DNA of 16,483 nt from Thermodesulfobacteriota bacterium (GTDB lineage Bacteria > Desulfobacterota_D > UBA1144 > Nemesobacterales > N074bin48), in contig JBFFSH010000058.1 of assembly GCA_041572575.1 (NCBI GenBank), positions 1 to 16,483 on the forward strand, in the 5' to 3' direction. The position numbers and the translations under genes were made by a program. Shown piece by piece: positions 1 through 9,590 of the stretch (positions within the stretch are counted from its first letter, which is position 1; each line of letters starts with the position of its first letter). The notes below the pieces were generated by a model. The model was not told where the DNA came from. It saw only the letters and a list, made by a program, of their open reading frames with translations, and searched no databases.

Positions 1-59
1 GTCTCTGCCTGCTTTAAAGCGAATGCTATCTGTTGTTCTGTAAATCTTGACTTCCTCAT
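1..59 (-). CDS. IS3-family transposase OrfA, N-terminal fragment (partial)
   Basis: ATG at 59-57 gives MRKSRFTEQQIAFALKQAE(T), the typical IS3/IS407 OrfA start (MxKSRF(T/S)ExQIxxxLKxAE). Not in the ORF track. Confidence 0.85.
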   Translation of the reverse strand, partial: MRKSRFTEQQIAFALKQAE

Positions 60-140
60 GGCAAAATACCTCCTGATTTATTGCATTATTTTGCCAGATT
101 TCTCTACTTTTACCTGGTTCAGTTTGCAGGGTGAAGGTCA
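1..140 (-). mobile_element. IS3-family (IS407-group-like) insertion sequence, left end, truncated by window edge
   Basis: Minus strand from 140 reads TGACCTTCACCCTGCAAACTGAACCAG..., a 5'-TG terminus resembling IS407-group TGACCT... ends. It is followed by SD AGGAGG (74-69) and an ORF starting MRKSRFTEQQIAFALKQAE. Confidence 0.85.
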
Positions 141-287
141 ATAAGACATCATTATATTTTATTAAAACTAGTTTATTATCAAACATATTGATTAATAAAT
201 TATTAGTCTAATATTATATAAATAAGAAACTATTCAAAGTGTTGATAAAACATATGTATCTAATGTAATTAATTAACTTTGGAGGGA

Positions 288-368
288 AAGTTCTAATTTA
301 GAGAATTATAAATAATAATAAACCTTCCCAACCCCGGGATGAAATTTATTTACTCTAAATTAGAACTT
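288..368. repeat. Perfect 16-bp inverted repeat with 49-nt spacer
   Basis: AAGTTCTAATTTAGAG (288-303) pairs with CTCTAAATTAGAACTT (353-368). Inner pairings: TAAATAA/TTATTTA (309-315/346-352) and TCCC/GGGA (326-329/336-339). Confidence 0.8.
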
Positions 369-499
369 AGGCTATAATAATATATGATAAATAGTTAAAG
401 TTCAATATTAGGTAAATATAATCACATGATTACAGGATGTTACATATATATCTTAAAGTAAATAATAGTAAAATGTTGATAAGTAAATTATAAAAAATT

Positions 500-955
500 A
501 TGCAAAAAACAGTATGTACAAATAGAACTGCTCTTAGAGATTATCATATAGAAGAGAAAATTGAGGCTGGAATTGAGCTAAAAGGTTCTGAGGTTAAATC
601 TCTGAGGCTTAGTCAGGCAAGTCTTAAGGAAAGTTTTGGAATAGTACGGGATGGGCAGATTTATCTTGTAAACAGCTATATAGCTCCTTATGTTGAAGCA
701 AATAACTTTAACCACGAACCTAAAAGAGAAAGAAAACTATTGTTGCATAGAAAAGAAATTAATAAGCTTATTGGAAAATCACAAAGTAAGGGATATACGC
801 TTGTTCCCCTTAAAATATATTTTAAAAATAAGTTTGCAAAATTAGAACTGGGTCTTGGTAAGGGAAAGAAAAACATAGATAAACGAGAAGATATAAAGAG
901 AAAAGATGCCCAGAGGGAGATGGAAAGGGCGATCAAAAATAAAAGGTACAACTAA
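500..955 (+). CDS. smpB: SsrA-binding protein SmpB
   Basis: EAGIELKGSEVKSLR, RERKLLLHRKEI, GKGKKNIDKREDIK motifs; lies directly upstream of tmRNA. Confidence 0.98.
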   Translation: MQKTVCTNRTALRDYHIEEKIEAGIELKGSEVKSLRLSQASLKESFGIVRDGQIYLVNSYIAPYVEANNFNHEPKRERKLLLHRKEINKLIGKSQSKGYTLVPLKIYFKNKFAKLELGLGKGKKNIDKREDIKRKDAQREMERAIKNKRYN

Positions 956-968
956 ATGATATAAGATA

Positions 969-998
969 TTGAAACAATATGATATGTGATTATATTAT
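969..998 (+). promoter_or_regulatory. Putative sigma-70 promoter of ssrA
   Basis: TTGAAA (969-974) with TATATT (991-996, 16-nt spacer) or TATTAT (993-998, 18-nt spacer). The AT-rich context lowers specificity. Confidence 0.45.
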
Positions 999-1024
999 AA
1001 ACAAGCGTTAATATTAAATTATAT

Positions 1025-1381
1025 GGGGGCGTTTTGGCTTCGACGGGGAATGGGATAGCTTGTGCTGCATGCCGAGCTTCTTCTGCTAACTCGTTAAACT
1101 GGTAGTAAAACTATAAGTGCCGAACCAATCAACGCACTCGCAGCATAAATGACTGCGACGTCTCTTAAACCGCGCCTGTCGGGTTTAATTCAGACGTCAT
1201 AAAGACGGGCTGGTCTTTAAGGTTTTCTTGTGGCTGGAAAAGACGAGATTTCTCGCAAGATAGTGGTGAAAATACTCGCCTTTCGGTTTATTTCACCGTG
1301 AAACTGAAAGAAGGGATAAGCATGTAGAGGCCTTGTGAGGCTCTTCTTCGGACCTGGGTTCGATTCCCAGCGCCTCCACCA
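1025..1381 (+). ncRNA. ssrA: tmRNA (one-piece), tag peptide (A)AEPINALAA*
   Basis: 5' GGGGGCG...GGCTTCGACGGGG and 3' CTGGGTTCGATTCCCAGCGCCTCCACCA form an alanyl acceptor stem with G3·U plus T-arm. Tag ORF 1119-1148 GCC GAA CCA ATC AAC GCA CTC GCA GCA TAA follows ATAAGT. Adjacent to smpB. Confidence 0.97.
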
Positions 1382-1433
1382 TAATTTAATAGTAATTGTT
1401 AATAAGTGTATCTTATAAGGAGTAAACTATCTA

Positions 1434-2147
1434 ATGCGATCAGACGGCAGGAAATCAGATGAATTGAGACCTATATTTATTGAAACAGATGTGATGAAAT
1501 ACGCAGAGGGCTCTGCTATCATAAAAGCCGGAAACACTCATGTTGTATGTTCGGCAACCGTAGAAGATTCAGTCCCGCCTTTTTTAAGAGATACTGGTTC
1601 TGGGTGGGTAACAGCCGAGTACTCTATGCTTCCAAGATCTACTCATACAAGAAATAAAAGAGATGCAGCTAAAGGAAGAATAAACGCAAGAGCGCAGGAA
1701 ATTCAAAGACTAATTGGAAGAGCGCTCAGGTCTGTTGTTGATTTAGATAAACTTGGCGAACAATCTATAATTCTTGACTGTGATGTGATGCAGGCTGATG
1801 GAGGCACACGCACAGCATCTATTACCGCAGCTTTTGTTGCGCTTCATATCGCGATAAATGATCTGATCAAAAAGGGGCTTATTGATGAAAACCCTATTAA
1901 AGATTATGTGGCAGCGGTGAGTGTAGGGATAATAAACGGTGAGCCTATGCTTGATCTCTGTTACGAAGAAGACTCAAACGCCGATGTTGATATGAATATA
2001 GTTATGACAGGTACTGGGGATCTGGTTGAAGTGCAGGGTACAGCAGAAGGAGATCCATTTAGCGTAGATAAGTTAAATGAACTAGTAAGTCTTGGTGGCA
2101 GTGGCATTAAAGAGCTATTAAAAATCCAAAAATCTTGTATTAAATAA
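1434..2147 (+). CDS. rph: Ribonuclease PH
   Basis: [49 protein letters not shown] motifs; SD AAGGAG upstream. Confidence 0.98.
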   Translation: MRSDGRKSDELRPIFIETDVMKYAEGSAIIKAGNTHVVCSATVEDSVPPFLRDTGSGWVTAEYSMLPRSTHTRNKRDAAKGRINARAQEIQRLIGRALRSVVDLDKLGEQSIILDCDVMQADGGTRTASITAAFVALHIAINDLIKKGLIDENPIKDYVAAVSVGIINGEPMLDLCYEEDSNADVDMNIVMTGTGDLVEVQGTAEGDPFSVDKLNELVSLGGSGIKELLKIQKSCIK

Positions 2148-2164
2148 CTTCCGAAGTAAAGAAA

Positions 2165-2758
2165 ATGATAGAACAATTAGTAATAGCAACGACCAATAAA
2201 GGAAAAATAAAGGAATTCAGGTCACTTCTTGGAAAAAACGTAAAAAATATATTATCTATAAATGATTATGATAATATTCCAAAAATAGAAGAAACAGGTA
2301 GCAGTTTCTCTGAAAATGCATTAATAAAGGCAAGAGCAGTAGCCAATATTACCGGTAAACTTACCATTTCAGATGATTCGGGGCTTGAGGTAGATGCTTT
2401 AAGCGGAGAACCAGGTATTTATTCTGCAAGGTATGCAGGTGATGGGGCTAGTGACAGTGACAATATAGAAAAACTATTAGAGGAGCTCTTTAGGGTTGAT
2501 GACAGGGCTGCCAGGTTTGTTTGCTGCATAGCACTTGTGGATGATAAAGGTAATGAACATACATTTACTGGAACATGTGAGGGAGAAATCCTAACGTCTG
2601 CAAGAGGCGACGGCGGGTTTGGTTATGATCCTGTATTCTATTATCCTGATGCCGATAAAACATTTGCAGAGCTTAGCCTGGAAGAGAAAAATAAGTATAG
2701 CCACCGTGCTAAAGCAATTAATAAACTAAACGAATACCTATCAACTTTAAAAAAATAA
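2165..2758 (+). CDS. rdgB: dITP/XTP pyrophosphatase (RdgB/HAM1)
   Basis: ATTNKGKIKE, DDSGLEVDAL, PGIYSARY, GFGYDPVF, KNKYSHRAKA motifs; canonical position after rph. Confidence 0.97.
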   Translation: MIEQLVIATTNKGKIKEFRSLLGKNVKNILSINDYDNIPKIEETGSSFSENALIKARAVANITGKLTISDDSGLEVDALSGEPGIYSARYAGDGASDSDNIEKLLEELFRVDDRAARFVCCIALVDDKGNEHTFTGTCEGEILTSARGDGGFGYDPVFYYPDADKTFAELSLEEKNKYSHRAKAINKLNEYLSTLKK

Positions 2759-2761
2759 TAA

Positions 2762-4408
<1,647 letters not shown>

Positions 4409-4461
4409 TTATCTCTATGATTTAATAAAATCCCAGAGCAGTTCTTTGTATTCAATCTACT

Positions 4462-6474
4462 ATGTCATTAAAACTTAAAGTCAATGAAATTGTATTTTTT
4501 AAAAAGAGAAACTTCATATCTCTTGCCTGCATAAATGAATTGAATAAAGATCAGATTTCAGTAATTACCGAAGAGGGAAAACAGCTTAATTTGCAAGTTG
4601 ATCAGATTGTTTATTGTTCAGGAGTTTGTTCAGATAAAACAGCTAACAGCTCAGAAATTAAACTTGAACTGAGGGCCCTCAGAAGACAGCTTGACGAAAA
4701 CAAAGAAAAAGTCGATTTAAAAACCATATGGGACTGCGTGTATGATCCTCAAAAAAGTTGTGGTTATAACCTGCAAGATATTATTGAGCTATATACAGAC
4801 AAAGAGTCAAGCAGTTTAGAAAAACTGCAGTTTGTCTGGGCGCTGCAAAGAGACGAGATCTATTTTAAGAAGCAAGACGGTTTAATCTACTTAAATACAC
4901 CTTCAGAGTCTGAAGAAATTATTAAAAGAAAAAAAGAAACCCTGAGAAAGGAACAGGAAAAAGAACAAGCCTTAGACTGGATAAAAGGCGCACATGATGG
5001 GACGGCTGAAGTTAATAAAGAAGATATAGAAAAATATTCGGATTATATAGAACTTATAAAAGGATATGCAGTTTTTATAGACAAATATGAAAGATTAAAA
5101 GAAGCAAAGGCGCTACTGAATTCTGTAGGTATAAGAGATGAGATAGATGCGCTCGAATTTTTAATTAATAATGGACTATGGGATAAAAATGAAGACCCGA
5201 TATTTAAAAGGTACGGCATTAAACAAACATATCCGCAAAAAGTAATAAACCAGAGTGAAAAATTAGTAAATAAAGAGGTTAATTACGACAAATTACTTGA
5301 TATTACAAAACTCGAACTCATTTCAATAGATGATGAAAATACCACAGATATTGACGATGCTTTATCTGTTGAGATCATGGGTGATAAAACCAGGGTAGGG
5401 GTTCATATATCAAATGTGGCAGCTTTTATAGACGAAAAAGATCACCTGGATAATGAAGCATTAAAGAGAGGAGAAACTATATATTTGGCTGAGGGCAATA
5501 TAAGTATGTTTCCCTCGGATTTGGTAACAAAGCTTCTCACTCTAAGCTCAAAAAGCACAAGAAAAGCACTCAGTTTGTTTATTACCTTTGATCCTGAATT
5601 TAACATATCAAACTACGAGTTTGTGCAGACAAAAATTAATGTAAATAAAAATATAAGCTACAATGATGCTAATGATAATTATCTAAAAACCGATCAGGGA
5701 AGCAGACTTCTTGCTATAACAAATGCGCTCAGGCAAAAAAGAGTTAAAAATGGTGCAATTATATTACAGCTTCCAACAATGAAGGTTGAGCTTGATGGTG
5801 ATAAGGTGAAATCACTCACGAAATATTCGATGACAACCGATTCCCATAATGTTATAGCAGAATTTATGATCCTACTTAATAACCTTGCAGCAAAGTATTT
5901 TGCAGAAAACAAGATACCGGCAGTATTCAGGTCTCAAATTGAAAGCACAAGTGAAGAAATAAAAAATTTGAACAGGGAGAGTGAGATATTCCCTGTGGAG
6001 GTGCTTAGGTTTTTAAGACCTACAAAGATAAGTACTTATGCTGAGCCTCATAAGTTTTTAGGCATTGATGCATACGTGCAGATTTCCTCACCTATCAGAA
6101 GATATCTTGATCTCGTTCTTCAAAGACAGTTAGTAAGCTGTCTCAATGGTACGGGACCTATGTACAGCAATTCTGCACTTGAAAAGATTTATGTCCGAAC
6201 AGAAATGGCTGTAAAAGAAAAAAGAACTATTGAAAAGTCCAGAGAAAGGTATTGGGTACTGAAATATTTATTGGATAATAATATAAAAGAGGTTGCTGGA
6301 TTTATAAGTTCAGTAAGAGACAGAAGGGTAAATGTTTATATTCCTGAATATTTAATTGACGTTGCACTGACTCCTTCAGCAGATAATCAGCTTGAAGTAG
6401 GCAGTGCTGCAAAAATTAATATAACTAAAATAGATCTATTCAGAAGAAAAATATCAGCTTCATTTATCGATTAA
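4462..6474 (+). CDS. RNB-domain (RNase II/R family) 3'-5' exoribonuclease
   Basis: Catalytic motif SIDDENTTDIDDAL with four Asp at RNase II spacing; VGVHISNV, IAEFMILLN, YVQISSPIRRYLDL; S1-like C-terminus. Confidence 0.9.
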   Translation: MSLKLKVNEIVFFKKRNFISLACINELNKDQISVITEEGKQLNLQVDQIVYCSGVCSDKTANSSEIKLELRALRRQLDENKEKVDLKTIWDCVYDPQKSCGYNLQDIIELYTDKESSSLEKLQFVWALQRDEIYFKKQDGLIYLNTPSESEEIIKRKKETLRKEQEKEQALDWIKGAHDGTAEVNKEDIEKYSDYIELIKGYAVFIDKYERLKEAKALLNSVGIRDEIDALEFLINNGLWDKNEDPIFKRYGIKQTYPQKVINQSEKLVNKEVNYDKLLDITKLELISIDDENTTDIDDALSVEIMGDKTRVGVHISNVAAFIDEKDHLDNEALKRGETIYLAEGNISMFPSDLVTKLLTLSSKSTRKALSLFITFDPEFNISNYEFVQTKINVNKNISYNDANDNYLKTDQGSRLLAITNALRQKRVKNGAIILQLPTMKVELDGDKVKSLTKYSMTTDSHNVIAEFMILLNNLAAKYFAENKIPAVFRSQIESTSEEIKNLNRESEIFPVEVLRFLRPTKISTYAEPHKFLGIDAYVQISSPIRRYLDLVLQRQLVSCLNGTGPMYSNSALEKIYVRTEMAVKEKRTIEKSRERYWVLKYLLDNNIKEVAGFISSVRDRRVNVYIPEYLIDVALTPSADNQLEVGSAAKINITKIDLFRRKISASFID

Positions 6475-6479
6475 GACAT

Positions 6480-6516
6480 AAAAAAAGGAGAGCCTTTTTA
6501 TGGGCTCTCCTTTTTT
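6480..6516. terminator. Bidirectional intrinsic terminator
   Basis: AAAAAAGGAGAGCC - TTTTTATG - GGCTCTCCTTTTTT with an A-tract and a T-tract, between the convergent RNB and S8 genes. Confidence 0.92.
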
Positions 6517-6543
6517 GTGATTAAACTACTCTAATTTTCTATA

Positions 6544-8667
6544 TTAACAATCTGGATCATCACCATCTATAAATGTATCACAGTCATTATCTATTCCATC
6601 TGAGCAGCGAGGTCCTTTTTCATTACTGTGTGTTGGTATACACTGGTTAGGATCAGGTGTAGGAGTAGGTGTAGGTGCAGTTGTTGGAGTTGGAGTTGGA
6701 TTTGGTGGTGGTGGTGTGCCGTCGTTAAAGCATCTGAGTGATATATAGTCTATTGCTACCCTGTCTCTTCCATTATTTCCAGTTTGTCCGTTTGAATCTA
6801 TTACTCTGATTGTAAGCGGCGTTGGAAGATTGTTATAAGTATATGACTGTTCAGAAGTGTCAGATGTGTCTATTCTAAACATCTCTGTCCAGCCTGAACC
6901 ATTATCATATTCAAATATAAAATCATCAGTACCAACATCATCAGCTTCATCTAAATCATAGAATGTGTTGATGGTTAATGTGTTATCATCACAGTTCTGA
7001 TTAATTGTGAATCGTTTTTCAAGAGAGCTTATTCTGTTTGAAGGTTTACCGCCGTCTGTATTTTCTCTGAGTACTTCATCTATATCATTATCTGTAAATG
7101 TATCAGCCAGAGATCCTGAAAAAATCTGACCATCTATTATCTGTTGGGTATCCACACTATAGTCTGTAAATAGAGCAGGTGTCGGAGTCGGTGTTGGTGG
7201 AGCAGGTGTCGGTGTTGGTGTAGGATCAGGAGCAGGTGTCGGAGTCGGTGTTGGTGGAGCAGGTGTCGGTGTTGGTGTAGGATCAGGAGCTGGTGTAGGA
7301 GTAGGGGTTGGTGGAACCGGAGTAGGAGTAGGTGTCGGAGGTGGAGGTGTTGGTGTTGGACCGCCGCCATTACAATCTATTACAGCACAATGAGCATCGG
7401 CAATTCCGTCTGTTACAGTAATGCCGTTCATTGATGCAAGTGGTCTAACGTTTCTGTAAATCTGATCAATTATGTCTGTATAACTTGCGCCAGGATTGAG
7501 CCCATAAACTAGGGCAACAACACCTGTTACATGTGGGGTAGCCATTGAAGTTCCGCTCCCTGATGAATAGGTGTTGCCAGGCAGTGTACTTCTTATTGAG
7601 CTACCTGGTGCTCCTAAATCAACTGAAGTATGTCCCCAGTTTGAAAATGAAGATCTTGCGCCAGAATCAGTTATAGATGCTACAGAAATCACGTTGTAAT
7701 GTGTATAGGATGAAGGGTAATGTGGAATGCTGTCAGTATCACGGTTGTTATTGCCGGCAGCAGCAACAAATATATGGCCGACACTTTGTGAAGCTGTGAT
7801 AGCATTAGATAGAGATGTGCTGAAAACGCTACCACCCCAGCTGTTGTTAGAAACCTTAACACCAAAAGATGTTGCATACTGAAGCGCTTCTACAGCATCA
7901 GAAGTTGAGCCTGAACCGCCATCACTTAAGAATTTTAAAGCCATGATCTTACAGTTCCATACTACGCCGGTTACTCCTAAGTCGTTATTACCTACAGCAC
8001 ATGTTGTTCCTGCTGTATGTGTACCATGTCCATGACCGTCAGCCGGATTGTTATCATTATTTCTAAAATCCCAGCCTCTCCAGTCGTCTATGTATCCATT
8101 ACCATCGTTATCTATACCGTCGGTTTCTCTACCGCTACCGGTTTCACCCGGGTTGAACCAAATATTACCAACAAGATCTTCGTGATTAATATCTACACCG
8201 GTGTCTATATTTGCCATTATAAGATTAGGATCACCTACGTAATGTGACCATGCCTCAGGGCCGTTTATATCATTGTCAGGTGAACTGTCACCAACGTCAT
8301 GCATACCCCAAAGTAGATTGAATTGAGTATCATTAGGTATTGTCTGACTTCCATCAACGATGCTTACAATAAAATCAGGCTCTGCAAATTCTACATTTGG
8401 ATTTTTGCTTAGTATTTCTACTGCTTTTTCCACATCCAGGTTTGTGGATAATTTCTGAAGTCCGGGGACAATAGTATATTCTTTTTCGGTATTACCCTGA
8501 ACACTATCCACGGCCTCTTTTTTCTTGTTCTTGGCAGCCCCTGGTTTAAACTTTACAAGAACAACTCCTTCCACAAATTCGGCATTTGGGCCGTTTTGAG
8601 CATAAACATCGATAGTCGATGTAAATGTCATGAGCATTAATGTTAACAATGCTAAAATATATCTCAT
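6544..8667 (-). CDS. Secreted S8 (subtilisin-like) serine peptidase with prodomain, Pro/Thr linkers, accessory domain and Cys/Asp-rich tail
   Basis: Signal peptide (MRYILALLTL...VYA|Q); triad NIDTG, HGTH, GTSMATPH; oxyanion AAAGN; DGIDNDGNGYIDD insert; SD AAGGAGGA at ~8681-8674. Confidence 0.95.
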   Translation of the reverse strand: MRYILALLTLMLMTFTSTIDVYAQNGPNAEFVEGVVLVKFKPGAAKNKKKEAVDSVQGNTEKEYTIVPGLQKLSTNLDVEKAVEILSKNPNVEFAEPDFIVSIVDGSQTIPNDTQFNLLWGMHDVGDSSPDNDINGPEAWSHYVGDPNLIMANIDTGVDINHEDLVGNIWFNPGETGSGRETDGIDNDGNGYIDDWRGWDFRNNDNNPADGHGHGTHTAGTTCAVGNNDLGVTGVVWNCKIMALKFLSDGGSGSTSDAVEALQYATSFGVKVSNNSWGGSVFSTSLSNAITASQSVGHIFVAAAGNNNRDTDSIPHYPSSYTHYNVISVASITDSGARSSFSNWGHTSVDLGAPGSSIRSTLPGNTYSSGSGTSMATPHVTGVVALVYGLNPGASYTDIIDQIYRNVRPLASMNGITVTDGIADAHCAVIDCNGGGPTPTPPPPTPTPTPVPPTPTPTPAPDPTPTPTPAPPTPTPTPAPDPTPTPTPAPPTPTPTPALFTDYSVDTQQIIDGQIFSGSLADTFTDNDIDEVLRENTDGGKPSNRISSLEKRFTINQNCDDNTLTINTFYDLDEADDVGTDDFIFEYDNGSGWTEMFRIDTSDTSEQSYTYNNLPTPLTIRVIDSNGQTGNNGRDRVAIDYISLRCFNDGTPPPPNPTPTPTTAPTPTPTPDPNQCIPTHSNEKGPRCSDGIDNDCDTFIDGDDPDC
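7173..7290. repeat. Exact 57-bp tandem duplication in the PT-linker coding region
   Basis: 7173-7229 is identical to 7230-7286, plus 4 further nt; encodes PDPTPTPTPAPPTPTPTPA twice. Confidence 0.93.
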
Positions 8668-8884
8668 CTCGAATCCTCCTTTATTTTACCCGCAGGTACT
8701 AAAGAGTATTAAAGTATGATGCAATTTTTGTTCCTTTTCAAGTCCTAAATTTATAATTCAATAAATACAGATAGTTACAGTATGATTATTATCAAAATCA
8801 GTAATCACTGACATTAATTGTTACCAAATTGCTGGATTTTGTTACAACTATTGTCATAAGTGTTTATTCCTAACTTTAGTATTA

Positions 8885-8901
8885 AGCAATTATTATGCCA
8901 A
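8885..8901 (-). promoter_or_regulatory. Sigma-54 (RpoN) -24/-12 promoter facing the S8 peptidase gene
   Basis: Minus strand TTGGCATAATAATTGCT, i.e. GG-N10-GC in a TGGCA...TTGCW context, ~220 bp upstream of the ATG. Confidence 0.7.
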
Positions 8902-9075
8902 TAGAACTATATCTCTTATATCAACATAATATCATAGGAATCGTGTATTTTGTATAATATTATTATAATATTTATAAGAATATTGATAAAAAGTATTTTA
9001 TAAGATTGTGGAACAAATTACCTAATGTTAGAGTTTATAAGAATTATATTCCCTAAAATATTTATAAATTAAAAA

Positions 9076-9579
9076 ATGAATAGAAAATATATTATTACTC
9101 TGTGCTTATTAATAGTGTTAATTCCCGTTCATAAAACACAATCCTCTCCACTGCTTTCACTAAAAGGTATATCCGTAATTGCAGTGAGGGTTGATAAACT
9201 ACCCGATTATATGAACGAGGATGGAATAAAGGAACTAGAAATAATTAAGAATATTGAAAAACAGTTAAAAGAGAAAAAAATAAGGATAGTCGATTATCAA
9301 GACTGGGAAAAAACTCTTGGTGCTGCCTATATAAATATTAAGATTGTACCAAGTAAGTCTTATATTGGTGATCAGTATGTAATATATACACAACTAGAAG
9401 TAATACAGCCTGTTACACTCATAAGACCACAGATTGAACATAACAGACTTATTACAGCAAACACATGGTCAGCTGGAAAACTTGTAAACTGCTCTACAGA
9501 ATCTGTCGATCAGTGTCTTGGCAGCAGTATTTACAACCTGGTGGAACTTTTTGCTGCTGAACTTAAGAAGATGAACTGA
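9076..9579 (+). CDS. Hypothetical exported protein
   Basis: 167-aa ORF with a basic N-region plus hydrophobic stretch (MNRKYIITLCLLIVLIPV); alpha/beta-like mature part; no family recognised. Confidence 0.75.
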   Translation: MNRKYIITLCLLIVLIPVHKTQSSPLLSLKGISVIAVRVDKLPDYMNEDGIKELEIIKNIEKQLKEKKIRIVDYQDWEKTLGAAYINIKIVPSKSYIGDQYVIYTQLEVIQPVTLIRPQIEHNRLITANTWSAGKLVNCSTESVDQCLGSSIYNLVELFAAELKKMN

Positions 9580-9590
9580 GACAATTTAGA

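Noticed and set aside
141..270. Small AT-rich inverted repeats next to the IS3 end
   Set aside because: Not distinguishable from chance at this base composition.
430..444. TTACA-N5-TTACA, OmpR/CpxR-like direct repeat upstream of smpB
   Set aside because: Too short to support without conservation data.
1360..1433. Genomic island integrated at the ssrA 3' end
   Set aside because: No integrase and no duplicated tmRNA 3' end seen; rph follows after 52 bp.
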